Below, one piece after another: positions 39,730 through 54,474 of a stretch of 64,000 nucleotides of DNA. The translations under genes and the position numbers were made by a program. Origin of the DNA: Octopus vulgaris (taxonomy: Eukaryota); NCBI GenBank assembly GCA_951406725.2, contig OX597814.1:130324001-130388000 (forward strand). Reading direction: 5' to 3'. The first letter of the stretch is position 1, and each line of letters opens with the position of its first letter. The notes below the pieces were generated by a model. That model was not told the DNA's origin, ran no database searches, and saw only the letters and a program-made list of their open reading frames with translations.

Positions 39730-40680
39730 TTGTTACCGGCCGCCATGTTTTTCAATTGGTATTAAACGAGGTTGTTTACAGTTTAGCAGAAAGTAGGTCA
39801 TCATTAAGTAGTAAATTTGCTGAAAATTATTCGATGTTCTTTTTGTTTATTATTTTTCCCTCTTTCTTTTTTTGATTTTTTTTGGGGGTTTCATTTATTT
39901 ATTCTTATTCTATTTTTGTTTTGTTTTTCGATACAAGCCCAAACAAACGCGTTATAATTGAGGACGAGAGGCGGGGCGAATCGGAGGCGGAACTGTACAG
40001 GAAGAAAATGCAAGCTCTCACATTGAAACAGCTAAACATATTGAAATTTTATAAGTAAACACTGAAACATGTGCTAGCGAAAAACAACGGGGAGAAAATA
40101 GCACATTTGTACATCTATTCATTAACTCTGTAGTTCTCTCTCCTTTTCTTTTTTCTTCCTTTCTCCTCTCTCCGCTTTTTCTCAAACTCACGCAGAAAAT
40201 CCCACGTGAGTACACACGTATGTGTGGGTGTACTCAACCATTTACTTGTTATCTGGGAATATATATATAAAAAAAAACAAGGAATGAAGAAAACATGATT
40301 GAGTGATAGGAAAAGAAAAATACATCGATACTTTGTAACTTTACCTACAAGGAAAAGCACTAATGATTTTTCTCATTATAGAAACAGCGTGAGTGATGTA
40401 AAGTTTAAGTGGATGGCAATAGCACTAGACCACTTAGGAGAACCAAACTTGTTGATATTAACGTCAGTAAGCCTATTTGATATCGCCATTAGATATGTGT
40501 TGAAACACCTACAAGGAAATGTTTAAAACGGAAAGATTTTGTGAGAAACCGCACTCCTCCCTTACGCACATTCCGACATACACACACAGCTCTCAAACAC
40601 AAACGATATGCAGAGGTAAGATTTGTTTCAATGGCTTAGTTTAGAGAGAAGATGGCGAGAGGGCGGAAGTAACTTATTCT
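39730..40680. promoter_or_regulatory. Possible Pol II promoter region (YY1/ETS/GC-box/E-box cluster)
   Basis: AACATGGCGGCCG (minus, ~39737-39749), GAGGCGGGGCG (~39968-39978), CACGTG (40203), AAGATGGCG and GCGGAAGT (~40649-40670), donor-like AG/GTAAG (~40614); unique, repeat-poor sequence. Confidence 0.3.
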
Positions 40681-41029
40681 CAGACTGGAGACATGACTCG
40701 AATGCTTACGATAGAGAAGACTCCGCTTGAGATAGTTATGGTCCAGACGGTGTTGCTAAGATGAGAAGATTGACTACCAATCAAAAACTGGCTGTTTTAC
40801 GTGTTATTCCTCTCTATTTAACAATATGTATTAATTCACGGTTTTATTGCAATCCATGCCAATGTATGACTTCCACACAACTTCTATTTCTAAATTTATA
40901 TAATAAAGTATTGGTCGACCCGATGTTACAATGGTAAATATTTATCCAAGTTGTGTAACTTAAGGATTGAGTTCGAAATCATGTAGTTGCTCATCAAGTT
41001 GCTTAGCCACACACCTACCCTGGCACCCG

Positions 41030-41396
41030 TGGAGGCGCAATGGCCCAGTGGTTAGGTCGTAGGATCGCGGTTTCGATTCCCAGACTGGGCGTTGTGAGTG
41101 TTTATTGATTGAAAACACCTAAAGTTCCACAAGGCTCCGGCAGGGGATGGTGGCGAACCCTGCTGTACTCTTTCACCACAACTTTCTCTCACTCTTTCTT
41201 CCTGTTTCTGTTGTACCTCTATTTCAAAGGGCCAGCATTGTCACACGCTGTGTCATGCTGAATCTCCCCGAGAACTATGTTATGGGTACACATGTCTGTA
41301 GAGTGCTTAGCCACTTGCACGTTAATTTCACGAGCAGGCTGTTCCGTTGATCGGATCAACTGGAGCCCTCTTCGTCGTAACTGACGATGTGCCAAC
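41030..41396 (+). mobile_element. tRNA-derived SINE family C
   Basis: A-box TGGCCCAGTGG, B-box GTTTCGATTCCC, body shared with 58103-58386 and 32040-32248. Confidence 0.8.
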
Positions 41397-43265
41397 ATAC
41401 ATATCCTGGCACCCGTTTGTAATAGGTGAATAGGTGCGTGTTGTGATTTTATTTCGAGCAACATTTTTGTAGACAATTCCTGTAGGAGTAGAACATGTGA
41501 TGTAGTATTCTAATTTCGAACAAATACTTTTCTTGGATTGTTGCTTAATTATTAGCTTTATAAAATAATCTTGCCCTTTATTCAACTGCAATATATACAT
41601 CATAGTGTCACGGTGTAGACTAGACTATCGGATATTGATATACATCACTGATCACAATGAACTTCGCATGATTTTAGCTTTCGAATGATGCTACTCCGAT
41701 GGTCAGGCAAGCAGGCCAACATTCCTGATCGGAAGGCTGTTCTGTTGCAGGATTACCTATTCACAGATGAGCGGACGGAACAACGTGAAACGAAGTATTT
41801 TGCTAATGAAAACAACGTATCGCCTAGTCCGGGAACCGACTTCATGATGACCTAACAATGTTAGTGCAATACTCTAACCACTAGACTACGCGCCTTTACA
41901 TGATATATACATACTAATTGATAAGCAAAGTGTAAAAAGCATATAAGGATGCAATGTTTCTGCTTTAATGGTTATACATAGGAAGATCCGTTGGTAATGA
42001 TGTTCAGAAGATTGGCATACAAGAATCTACAGAGCAGTGCATTGACATTCATTTATATTTAGTTCAGTCAGCAGAAAGGCCGTGTGTTTGACCCTCTCAA
42101 ACCAAGACCTGTGAGACCTATATAGTTGATGTGAACGGAATAAGGAGAAGAATTACAAATATGTTTATATTATGAAGTAAAATATTCGCTATGTTCTGAA
42201 AATAGACGAATATATATGAATTGTAGCTGCAACATTTAAACGCTTTGGGGCGGCAAAAGAGAAACGCACACAGTTGCCTCAAACGTTCATCAGATTTTAA
42301 CAAAATTTCGTCAAACGTAAGCGTAACAATAGAAAAGAGCAGTATTTGTTTGGATAACGGCTGAAAAGAGATAAGTTTTAGTAACTTGTGGAGACACCTG
42401 GTTTAGTAGTTAGGATTTTAAACATATGATCATAAGGTTGCGGTTTCGATTTCAGGACCGGACGACGCGTTGAGCTCTCGCGAAAAACACTTCATTTAAC
42501 GTTACGCCAGTTCTCTCAGCTGGCAAAAATGAGTAGTCCAGACGGAGAATATATACGCCGAGGAAATCGGGGAACCAGTCCTACGAGTCAATATCACTCA
42601 GGAAGGATCTTTATCCGGGATGTTTTCGTTCCCATAATCTTCTAAAATCTCCAACAAAGTAACAATAAGTTCCCGAAATAGTTGACGGTATTTACGAAAG
42701 ATATCACAAGCAATATTAATTCTGCAACGAATTACTGACTCTCAATTATTATTAATGCAGACAGAAAGATGGGTTGAAAACATGTAATCAACGACTCTAG
42801 TGCTCCTACACCTCACTTTCAAGCTTTTCTCACACACATACACACAATACGCTAAAATTCCTTGACAATTTGGAAAGGATATGAGCTACACATAGGTCTT
42901 ACGTGCCCTTTCTTATCGTTGCCATCATCGTTGTTGCTTATTCCGGTTTGATAAAGTTGATCTAGATGCGACCATTCCAAATTTTTCAGTCGTAGTGTAT
43001 CTAGAACGACTTTATACACACACACACACACACACACACACGTGTGTGTGTGCGTGCGTGTGTATGTAAATGTATATATGTATGTATGTGTACGTGTGTT
43101 TAAAATGCAATTTTTTAACATTATGTGAACTGGGCATAAAATTGTCGAGGCTTTTGCGTTGGAAGATTGAAATTGCGATTTCATTTTAGCGCAGTGAAAG
43201 CATGGTGTTCGATTCCCGTTGGTGATGTTTTTCTGTCTGTCTCCCCACCTCTCTCTCTCTCTCTC

Positions 43266-43316
<51 letters not shown>

Positions 43317-44556
43317 ATATAATATAAATGATATATAAATATATGCATATATACATACATATATGTACATAGCTACATATATATGTATATATACATGCAT
43401 ATATGGGTACAGGACACCATAAAAACGTCGAACGCAATGAGAAACGAAATAATAAAAACAAAAACATGGAAACGAACTTTTTTTCGAACACCGAAAAAAG
43501 CAAACAGAGAAACGAGACATACAACATAAAGAATATTCCCCTTCTTCAGTTGTCCCTGTTTCATCTACTCCGCGTTTCGAAGGTATATGACTGCTCGGTG
43601 GCATTTATTGATTTTTAATTTATGGTCTGCCTACTAGATATTAGGCAAACAATTTCTAGAGCACTTCCCTTCGAAATTAAAAAAAATAATCTTTTAAATA
43701 TTAAAAATTAGAAAATAATAGAGAAAACTATTACATACTTTCTGATTCAAGAATAGGGTTAACAATCTTAAGTGGGTGTAGTTCTCGATGCCACCGACCC
43801 CACTACCTTGAAAAAGATGAAAGCAAAGTTCAGAAGGATTTGAACTGAGATAGCAAAGAGCCGGAAGAAATAACGCGAAACAGTATTTCCGTTGCGCTAA
43901 CGTTTCTACCAGATCACCGTTTCGAATAACATTTTGTTTTAAATATTCAACTGCTATATGTATAAATTTTCTAAAGGCTTAAATTATATTTTTAAATATC
44001 CACCACTGACCTACACACTCCTTACAATGCACCAGTGCTCTATATACATCTAGATATCTGTCAGCTCAATAGTGTTGTTTTGAATGAAGCGTAACGGAAT
44101 TTAATGATGTGAATTATTAGCAAATGCCCCAAAACTCTATGTTTCAATTAGAATTTTTACATCAACGCAAGGAATTAATTAAAATATCAACTGACGTTTT
44201 TCCGAAAAAGAATTTATTACATCCAACTGCCATTGTGCACTACAAAAATTTTCGAATTTACGCTGCTGTGGCTGTTTTTCTAAATCATTAATATAAACTT
44301 GAAACCATCTCTTATTTCTTTGAAACATAGGGTATCTAACATAATGTGTCCTACTTCTTTTATAAGCCAGCGTTATGAAATTAGGAGGGATTTCGTTGCA
44401 ATTTCTAGCAAGCTGAACGTCCACGGAGAAGCATTCAACATTTATTTTTTATTGTTGTAAAGTTTACCGCTAATGACTGCGTAATCCTATTCAGCTTTGT
44501 TTGAATAATCTAAGCAGTGAATTTGTCTGCAAAACCAATTCCTTCAATGAAGTTTT

Positions 44557-44719
44557 GAGTGGCTGTGTGGTAAGTAGCTTGCTTACATACCACACGGTTC
44601 CGGGTTCAGTCCCACTGCGTGGCACCTTGGGCAAGTGCCTTCTACTATAGCCTCGGGCCAACCAAAGCCTTGTGAGTGGATTTGGAAGATGGAATGAAAG
44701 AAGCCCGTCGTATATATGC

Positions 44720-44776
<57 letters not shown>

Positions 44777-44985
44777 TGTTTACGTGTTTGTGTTTGTCCC
44801 CCAACATTGCTTGACAACCGATGCTGGTGTGTTTATGTCCCCGTAACTTAGCGGTTCAGCAAAAGAGACCGATAGAATAGGTACTAGGCTTACAAAGAAT
44901 AAGTCCTGGGGTCGATTTGCTCGACTAAAGGTGGTGCTCCAGCATGGCCGCAGTCAAATGACTGAAACAAGTAAAAGAGTAAAAG
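44557..44985 (+). mobile_element. SINE family A
   Basis: Full-length match to the family consensus. Confidence 0.85.
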
Positions 44986-45141
44986 ATTTGTAACTACTCA
45001 CCTCTACAGTATTATAGATTGTCTTATTTATTATTACTTAGAATTGAAGGCGGCGAGCGGGCGAAATGATTAGCAGTATTTCGTCTGCTGCCTTTCAGCC
45101 TTGTGGAGTCGATGAAATAAGTATCAATTACGCACTGGGTG

Positions 45142-46891
45142 TTGACGGCATATTAGACGCACTGGCATATTAGACGCACCCTCATTTCAGCAGGTCAAAT
45201 TCAGGAAAAAAAGTTTTAAGTGTATTTAAGCATATATTGTTGAAAGCAGTCTAGCAGCACATTACAAAAGCAGAAAACATTGCTGTATAAAAGCAAGCAT
45301 ACAAAAGGAAAGCATACAAATTACAATAGTAATCATCTTTAATCATCTTTTTAACCAGAAAACTCTTCATCATCTTCTACACCAGAAAAGTCTTCATCAT
45401 CTTCAAAACAAGGAACATCTTCATCACTACTGCTGAAATCACTGTCTTGAAATAATGCATCATCTTCTGTGCCATCAAGGGCATTGCTAATGCCACTCTT
45501 CTTAAAAGCCTTCACAATGATTTCAGGCCTAACATCATCCCAAGATTTCTTCAGCCACTCACACACTTCAGCAATGGTGGGCCGCTTCATTCTTCCTGTG
45601 TGTGTGAGGGCATGATGTGGCTCTGCCATCCACTTGTTCCAATGTTCACGCATGTTCTGCTTAAATGGCTTATTCACAGACACATCTAAAGGCTGCAATT
45701 GGCTCGTCAGTCCACCAGGAATGACAGCTAACTGCGTTTTCAATTCTCCCACCCTTTTTTTAATGGCTTCAGTTCTATGTGCTCTAAACTGATCCCAAAC
45801 CAGAAGGGAAGGTTTTCTTAATAGTCCACCAGGACGCCTTGACCATATATTTTGTAACTACAGTTTCATTCCATTTTCGTCCATTCAGCCTTTTTCTTGA
45901 ACATGAACTAGTACACCTCTTGGAATTTTATCCTTAGGCTGAGTTTTTCTCTTAAATATAAAAAGAGGTGGCAGTTTTATGCCATCAGCACAACAGGCCA
46001 GAGCTACAGTATAGTGGGTCTTTTCGTGGCCAGTGGTTTTTTATCGAAACCGTTTTAGACCCTTTGACACTCACAGTCCTGTTGGATGGTACATCAAATG
46101 TGAGTGGAACTTCGTCCATATTCCCTATTTGGCCCAGTTCAAAACAAGTTTTCTTTCTTGAATTTATAACAAATCTATGAAAATCTAATATTTTTTCTTC
46201 ATAATCAGCAGGCATTTTTTGTGCAATGGATGTTTTTGTACGCATTGATAAACCCTTCCGTTTCATAAACCTGTAACACCAACCTTCTGTTCCTGCAAAG
46301 TTCTGTATCTCTCGTTGTTCTGCTACTCTCATGGCCTCATGAATTATCATTTTGGTAGGTACACTTCTCCCTGAGTTTCTCTCATCAAGCACCCACGTTT
46401 TTATATCATCCTCAAGTTCTGGCCAATGTGGGGCTGGGCAACGAAGGTTATGTTTACCTTTCTGTGCTCTCATCAGCTGCTCTTCTTGCTGTCGCCAGAC
46501 ACGTATAATTTTTTTCTGTAGGTGGTGGCCCAAAAACCCTTGCTGCTGCTCTATTTCCATGCTCCTTGGCATAATCTACCACTCGTAGTTTGTAGGAGAT
46601 TTTGTAGCTTGATCTTTTTGCTGCCATAGCCGTGAGGGTGCTTGTACTGTTGTAGTGTGTTTTGTTATGATCATAAACTTTGTTGTACCAAGATATCCAA
46701 CCTACCTCCGTATATACACGAACTCGCAACGATCATGTACATTCCGTAGTTCTACTCCTCACCGTCAGATGGCATCGAGTTAGGGTTCCAATCAGCTGAT
46801 ATTAGTAAACGTGTGTAATGGATCGCAGCCTAACAATTTACGGTAGATTGCTTTGATTTTTACGATAATTCGTATTTTAAAGTAATAATAC

Positions 46892-46926
<35 letters not shown>

Positions 46927-47128
46927 GCAATAAAATAATGATGCATGAGTACGGAAAATATCATTAAGGCGTTAGCGTAGGTAGAAATACTTATCGTAAG
47001 CTAGGTTAGTGAGCGTCTGGGAGAAGATTAGCCTGCGGGATGGTCTTGACTTCGCATATTAGACGCAGGGCGATTTTTTGAGCTAAATTTTTTGCAAAAA
47101 AGTGCGTCCTATATGCCGTCAAATACGG
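45142..47128 (-). mobile_element. pogo-superfamily DNA transposon (DD35D, Passer/POGK-like) nested inside a SINE B copy
   Basis: TIR AGTGCGTCCTATATGCCGTCAAATACGG-TA at 47101-47130; partial partner TTGACGGCATATTAGACGCACT at 45142-45163; SINE B halves at 45049-45141 and 47131-47184. Confidence 0.9.
45351..46627 (-). pseudogene. pogo transposase (Brinker-type DBD, CENP-B HTH, DDE_1), disrupted
   Basis: MAAKRSSYKISYKLRVVDYAKEHGNRAAAR, WPELE, GWCYRFMKR, IGNMDEVP, LLVWDQFRAH-...-QLQPLDVSVNKPFK (35-aa spacer); frameshifts near 46510 and 46040, stops at 45858-45860 and 45885-45887. Confidence 0.92.
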
Positions 47129-48966
47129 TAATTGACTAGCCTTCTTTCCCCAAAATTTCCAAGGCTTTGTGCCTAAAGTAGAAGTAATTATTACTTACAG
47201 CAAGCAGTTCACGATATTCAAAATGTCTGTAGGGTTTTAAAAGAAATTGAGCAGCTATAAACACACTCCTTCATAGGTTAGGTTGCATATTGGTAGAGTG
47301 TAGAAGTTTTTTGCCCTTTTACGTTTGCAGACCCGAAAGGATTGCCCGAGTATCGAAATTGTTATCAAAAGTTGCCTTATTAGATGATTTGATTAAATGA
47401 AGAAGGTGATTTGAAAAGATGCTAACAGTTTGCTTTTACTTTGGATATAGGTATTTAGTAAGAAAAATGTTTTGATTTATGTCATATTTTTTATAGAAAA
47501 GGATATTAGGGGCCGATTCCTATATCCTCAAACTTCGGTTCCCATAACCACAAAGGGTATGGATACTCTCGGTAAATATTTCGTTTTCTTTTTTGTAGAA
47601 ATTGTAGAAATCGAAATCAAATTGTAAATGGCATATAGTTTTTCCGGAGAGCGAGATTTAAGATGCGTTGAAATTATTAATTCCAGTAGATCTTCTGGAA
47701 AATAATTCCATATTTAGATACCTAAGTGAAGGAACTTTCTTGCTATATCTTGTGTCATTGCATTGGGCACCAACAGGATGTAAGTGCAGGTCCTAGCAGC
47801 AATAATTCATCTATCTTCCAACGGGCTGCAGATTACATATTTAAATAAAAACCGTTTCAATATGTCATGAATGAAAAAAACCTATGATTAAAATCCAGCC
47901 ATGACCATCCCGTTTTTTATTCAGGTATCGTACATGTAAAATACTACGTTAGCCAATGAAGTCTGAAATGTGATATTTATAAGAGAGTATGGTGTCATTT
48001 AAGAAAGCTTATCTGCTTTTTCTAGCAGGTTGAGCGAGCAAGTAGAGGCACCATTGTTAGTTCCAGTTGTCGCTGCAATTTGTCTTCTTTATGTAGAAAA
48101 CACTTTATAACATTTTAACAACATCAGTTTCATCAAACGCAATTATCTCAACAGCTAGCATTTCGATGAAATCCAGTTGTATCTAGTAGACAGTCGCTCA
48201 TCCATCTGCATTAAACGTGTTAGCGATTTTACATAGCTCTCTATAGTTTTGTTACTATAGGAGTGCTTAGCCCACATCCGATTTCAATCCATGGCAACAC
48301 AGCAAATTTCGATTAATTTCTCATAGCCAATTTGCAATTGAATTCTTGATAGATTTGTCCGCCTTAATATTGCCATTTATTTCTGTTATGTCGTTTAAAG
48401 TGTTATAGAATTGTAAACAGTATATGAATGTAATGCTCTAATAATGTCGTAGTGTCTGCTGTTGTTGATGCTTTTATTAATGCTGTTAGCATCATTACTT
48501 GTTATTGTCGTTTAGTCTCAGTTTAACCCTGCTGAAAAAAAAATATCTATGATCGAAGATCTTCCACCATAACCAGCTCAGTTTTCATTGAGACATGACA
48601 AAATGTATCTGGGACTACGTTATCCAACTGGTTACAAAACAGAATCAATAGAATATCGATCGAAAAGGAGGTTTAAAGGTTCCCAAAACACAATGGGCTG
48701 AGATTAAATGTTCCCTGAGAAACATCGAAATTCCTTTTTCCCTACGGCATACAAATTTAACAAACCGCACATACTTTACCAAGTAAAGTATCTGTACCGC
48801 TAATTATTTCCACGAATACATTTTATTTATTAAACACAGGAAGATATTTAATCAAGCTAGCTATCTACCGGAAAAAAATTGAGGATAACTTAAATAATAT
48901 GGTTTGCCAAAGCCTTGTTAGTGGATTTGGTAGACGGAAACTGAAAGAAGCCTGTCATGTATATGC

Positions 48967-49026
<60 letters not shown>

Positions 49027-49028
<2 letters not shown>

Positions 49029-49160
49029 CTGTGTCCCTTTCTGTAGAAGAGCGTAGGCTCGAAACGTAAAAGACTTTTTCTATTCCTGAGCGTTATACTA
49101 ATACATCTGTTTGTTTTGTACATCACCTGTCTTCGTCTTTTGTTCTTTTTCGTAAACTCT

Positions 49161-49165
<5 letters not shown>
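49027..49165 (+). mobile_element. Minimal-hammerhead (A6U) repeat family copy
   Basis: CTTT-CTGTAGA-a-GAGCgtagGCTC-GAAA-CG-TA-AAAG at 49037-49072; flanked by (TA)n on both sides. Confidence 0.75.
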
Positions 49166-49214
<49 letters not shown>

Positions 49215-49926
49215 TTTACTCTTTTACTTCTTTCAGTCATTTGACTGTGGCCATGATGGAGCACCACATTTAGTCAAGCAAATCGACCTCAATAAGCCAA
49301 ATGTGTGCGTTTCTTCCTTATTCGTTTCTCCATATGTGATTCTTCCGTCTGATTCCTTCCCTTTTCTGTCAATCAGGTTTGCCTCTCCCTCCTCCCAACC
49401 CAGTTTCTTTTTCTCTCCCCCCACTCTCTCCATACTCCCTTTCCTGTATGAATATTGATATAGTTTCAAGTAATTCAAGTGCTCTCATGCTTCCAGTGAA
49501 TTTAAATTTATACTTTGATGGAAAACATTTGATATTCTAATGTTTCCATCATCATAGATGTTACGAGGACAACGGCATTGTTGACACTATTGTTGTTATT
49601 ATTGTTGCTGCTACTGTTGTTACTGGTGGTGGTATTGATTTTAATAATGGTAATGATGATGATAACGATGATGATGTCGAGGATGAAGATTATGACGACG
49701 ACGACAGAAGATGGAAATAATGAAAACAATGCTGCTGTACCTGTTGCTGCTGCTACTGACGACGACGACGATGCCAGTGGCACTAATGGTGACGATGAGC
49801 ATGATGATGAGGACGGTGATGATGATGATGATGATGAAGACAACCACCTGGTCCTTGATAATTATGAGCAAATGTAGAACATACTCAGAATGCTAAGTGA
49901 TAACGATGAAAATGATGAGGATATCG

Positions 49927-49980
<54 letters not shown>

Positions 49981-49995
49981 GTTATTATTATTATT

Positions 49996-50383
49996 GAATG
50001 AGAGAGCAGTGCATGCTATCAAAGTGATACTGGGGTAAAATATACGAAGCCCAGTATACCCACCATGACTACCCGTCTGATAAGGATACACTAGGCACAT
50101 GCATCACAACCGTATGTGTGCGACATGGTGATCTCATATCAAGATTAACAACCAGCACATGACCTTGCAGGTGGGGCCCAGTTAGAATTTTCTTCAGGTC
50201 GAGTAGCCCATCCCACTCAAAAGGTCTCTGAATAAAACTTGTTTAAGGAAGTTGAACGAAACACACATGTTTCCAGAGATGAATTATCCAAATCCCAAAG
50301 AATTCCTCTCAACACATGGCTATGATGCTCCTCCACTATTTCTTGTCGTGATCAGAGATGCACATATTATCAGACACTAAAGG
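49996..50383 (-). mobile_element. (TAA)n-embedded repeat, copy of 19267-19783
   Basis: Reverse-complement alignment by eye; (TTA)n flank. Confidence 0.75.
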
Positions 50384-50500
50384 ATTATTAGTATTAATAT
50401 CACCATCGACAACCTCATCCTCATTATCAGTGTTGAAGGTGATAATATATTGTTATTATTGAAAACACAATTATTGTTGCTTTTATTATTATTATTATTA

Positions 50501-50579
<79 letters not shown>

Positions 50580-51639
50580 TGCTATTCTTGTTGTTATTGT
50601 ATCAGCGTATGATTGAAATACGAAACAGCTACAAATATCAAATATGAATATAATTTATGATGACGGTGTAAGGTTGGTGGTCCAGTGGATAATGATGATG
50701 ATGAAGACTATAAAGATGGATGGTGAAGCCGTGATTATAGTAGCAATAAAAATAACACACCCACAACAACAACAAAAATAATGCATAAATAATTTAATGA
50801 TGATGATGAGAAGAAGAAGAAGAAGAAGAAGAAGAAGAAGAAGAAGAAGAAGAAGAAGAAGAAGAAGAAGAAGAAGAAGAAGAAGAAGAAGAAGAAGAAG
50901 AAGAAGAAGAAGGAGAAGAAGAATCGTGATAAAACACGTTAACTGTGTTCATTATTATAATTAACGAGCGATTAAACTATTTAATTCGTACGAGGTTACC
51001 TCCTCTTTTTGTTCTACTGCATTACTAGGAGGCATTACAGGATTGCTAAAATCGACATCAGTTCATGACTGCAACTGTATTTATTTATAATCGATCCCTG
51101 GGAGACTAAAAGATAAAGCTGATCATGCAATGCAGGGATTTGAACTTAGAACGTAATGGGTCAGGAGTAAATACCGCTAGGCACTTTGTCCAACGTTCTA
51201 AAGATTCCATTTTGTCCCTGTTACACATATTACTTTGTGTCTTGCTCTGTGTGAAACATTTACCACTGCTATAAAGATATCTTTGGAATATTTCTCTTTT
51301 TCTCTTTTTGTCCTGATGGAAAAACATGGTGCATAAATCTTCACAAGGCCTTTGAGACAGGTAAAATGGTGGTGGTGGGGGGAAAGGATGGTATTTTCAA
51401 AGGGTTGGGACCTCGTCTGAATGTTTGCGTTGGGTGTTGGGGGTTAAACCGGGTGACTGATTAAGCCTACCACCCAAGTTGCTGCCTTTGTTGTCGTCGG
51501 TCTTGAACTTTCGCACTTATGATCAAAGACGTTCCAGTGATGAACATGCAGTTCTGTCATATTTTTCCCAGACGTTATTATCCAATAGTTCTGGAACCAC
51601 ATGAGTTCAAGAACTATGTGATTCTTGAGAAATTTAACT

Positions 51640-51920
51640 TCCGACTCGAAGGTTGCTGCTGTTTAACACTTGGATGATATATTTGTTTTTGCAGCGCCGT
51701 TTAGTTTAGCAACTGATATCTGAATATTTTAAAGTAGTCGGCATTGATCTGCTTTTGCCCCCAGCACCACCGTGTTGCTAACACTATTTTTGAATGATGC
51801 TAGAAGTGTTTTAATACCAATGGAATGGATTTCCTCTGTAGTCCAATCAAATCCCAGTGGTCGTTGCCAGTGCTAGTGCAGTGAATACGTTGTAGTTTAA
51901 CATCTTGAATATGAAAGTTC
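51640..51920 (-). pseudogene. Old, highly decayed R4/Dong-like RT fragment
   Basis: FDWTTEEIHSIGIKT and QHGG resemble LNWNMSQVKNIDRKI and QGGRG of the 24-26 kb element. Confidence 0.35.
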
Positions 51921-52375
51921 TGACGCTATATATTGAAAAATTTGAGTAAATGACTTTGTTTTGTTTTTTGCTGTATTTATCTTCACAAAATCTTTTATGT
52001 TTTTATGACTGATATTTTAATCTATGCCTAAGTATTTATAGCATCCATTCTTCGAACAACAGGATATACAGAGACCATTGACGTAAATGGTTTTCGTTTG
52101 TAAAGCAGTTTTCCTATGTTTAGCTCTATTAATTATTAACATTTCTGCTAGTAAATTCCAGCCTTAAGTCGGTTGTAAACGTTGATATTAAAAACCCACC
52201 TGTTTCTGAGCATTCTACATATTTCCTGTGTAGATCTCTAGACTATCAACAAAGAAATTGTGTGCTCTGTAGGTGTTTCTTGCATAAACCACTTAGATTT
52301 TGTAGAAAAGGTAATAACATCTATACTAAAATAAACAGAAGCACAAGCTGCCTGCCTCTTTTGAATATATATCTA

Positions 52376-52875
<500 letters not shown>

Positions 52876-52883
52876 TATATATA

Positions 52884-54120
52884 CTAGCAGGGATACACGG
52901 CGTTGCCCGGTTACATTCAATTGAAGAATCAGACTTTTCTGTTATATCTTCTGTAATGAACTGGAATATCTATGTTTCGAATTTCATCAAAACTGCAGAT
53001 GAGGGTTATTTCCCTCTTTACACACCCTAAAAAATTGTAATCGTGCCACATGTATCCCATACTACTGATTTTTATGCGCATATTCCAAAATTCCAGTCTT
53101 ATTGAACCTGCTAAAAAGATTTTGCTCCTTAAAAATGAAGGTCATGGAGCTCTAAAATGTGAGAGTTAAGGCCCCTGTTGGGGGTGGGCATCTTAATGTC
53201 AACCAGAGAAGTTGAATTGTTGAAAATCTTTTTAACTTGGGTCTTATATCTATTGTTTGAATTTCTTTGAAATAGGAAATATATGTTCACTGGGTTTGTA
53301 AAAGAGAGCAAAGCTACAGGAAATCAAAAGACGAATGATCACAATAAGCAGTCAGTTACCCTACCATAGTCGTTACCATTCCCAATGTAGGATTCCTCAC
53401 CATCCAGGTGACAGGCACAGCCGTAAGATGCATTACGAATCTATAGCAATTGAAAGGGCGTGACCCAACTGAAATAAACATTAACAACTGTGAGACGTGA
53501 GGGCTAAGGAGAAATGAAAGTGTCACCTCTGGAGTTTGCAAATGACCACTATACTGATACGTAACTGGACAGAATAAATTTACAATCTATAAATGTCTTT
53601 GAATAAGCAGTCACTCATATGGGAAGGCCTTGAAATCAATGTTACCATCTGGGGACTATGTGTGACCCAGTGATAATAAAAAGACTGAAAGGAGGTATGC
53701 AATCAAATAACTTTACCCAACACTTTGCAACTGAATCAGTGGAGGCAAAGATGCTTCTCATTTACTTGACAATTTATGCAACACATTGCAGAAATCACAA
53801 GGCAAACTGTTACACTGTTGTACCATTGAATTAGAAATAATGCCCAACTTTTATGCTCGGGTAACCCTACAGCTTCCAAGAGCACAAATGTATTCTTTTT
53901 TGCTTAGATAAAATGACAAAATTGTGGGTGTTAAGTCCCCATGGAGGGGCTTTCTAACTTTGTAAGAAGATGAAATTTTATAAATATTACTTCATTTGTG
54001 TCTAATATCTATGGTTAAAATTTCATCAACGGCAAAAATATATGAATTTTCATGGGGGTTATGGCCCTTATGCATAAAATATAATTTCCAAATTTCATAA
54101 AGATCCATTCAGTACTCTTT
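52884..54120 (-). mobile_element. Non-autonomous Helitron-like element (3' end certain, 5' extent uncertain)
   Basis: Minus strand 3' end CCGGGCAACGCCGTGTATCCCTGCTAG|T resembles the Helitron end at 55756; recurring aaatttcatcaa motifs. Confidence 0.55.
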
Positions 54121-54269
54121 TCTATGGAAGCTTTTCATTACTTTGAATGACTTGTAAGCATTTACTATTACAAGAGTATGATTACTAATTAATATTTGTA
54201 ATACCTATCCTTTGATTTTCGGAAAAAGAAAATTGTCGGTTGTTGAAACTGTGATTACTTTTAGAATTG

Positions 54270-54441
54270 CCGTAAATCTTCGAGTATAGTCCGCCCTTGA
54301 GTATAATACGCAGGGGATTTTTAGGGGGCTGTACCTCTGAAAAACCTAAACCTTGTGTATAAAATGCACCCCATCTCTAACTTGAGTCAAGGAGGTCTAT
54401 ATAACGTCTTTGGTTTGTAAAAATGTATACGGTAACGTCCT

Positions 54442-54474
<33 letters not shown>

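Noticed and set aside
41030-41090. tRNA gene candidates at SINE heads
   Set aside because: A/B boxes are present but no complete cloverleaf; each continues into a SINE body
47400-47780. Possible ancient CR1/L2 3' fragment (IWNYFP on the minus strand)
   Set aside because: Too degenerate to support without a search
49508-49896. Poly-L/M/D ORF resembling a signal peptide plus acidic tail
   Set aside because: Degenerate trinucleotide repeats open in several frames on both strands
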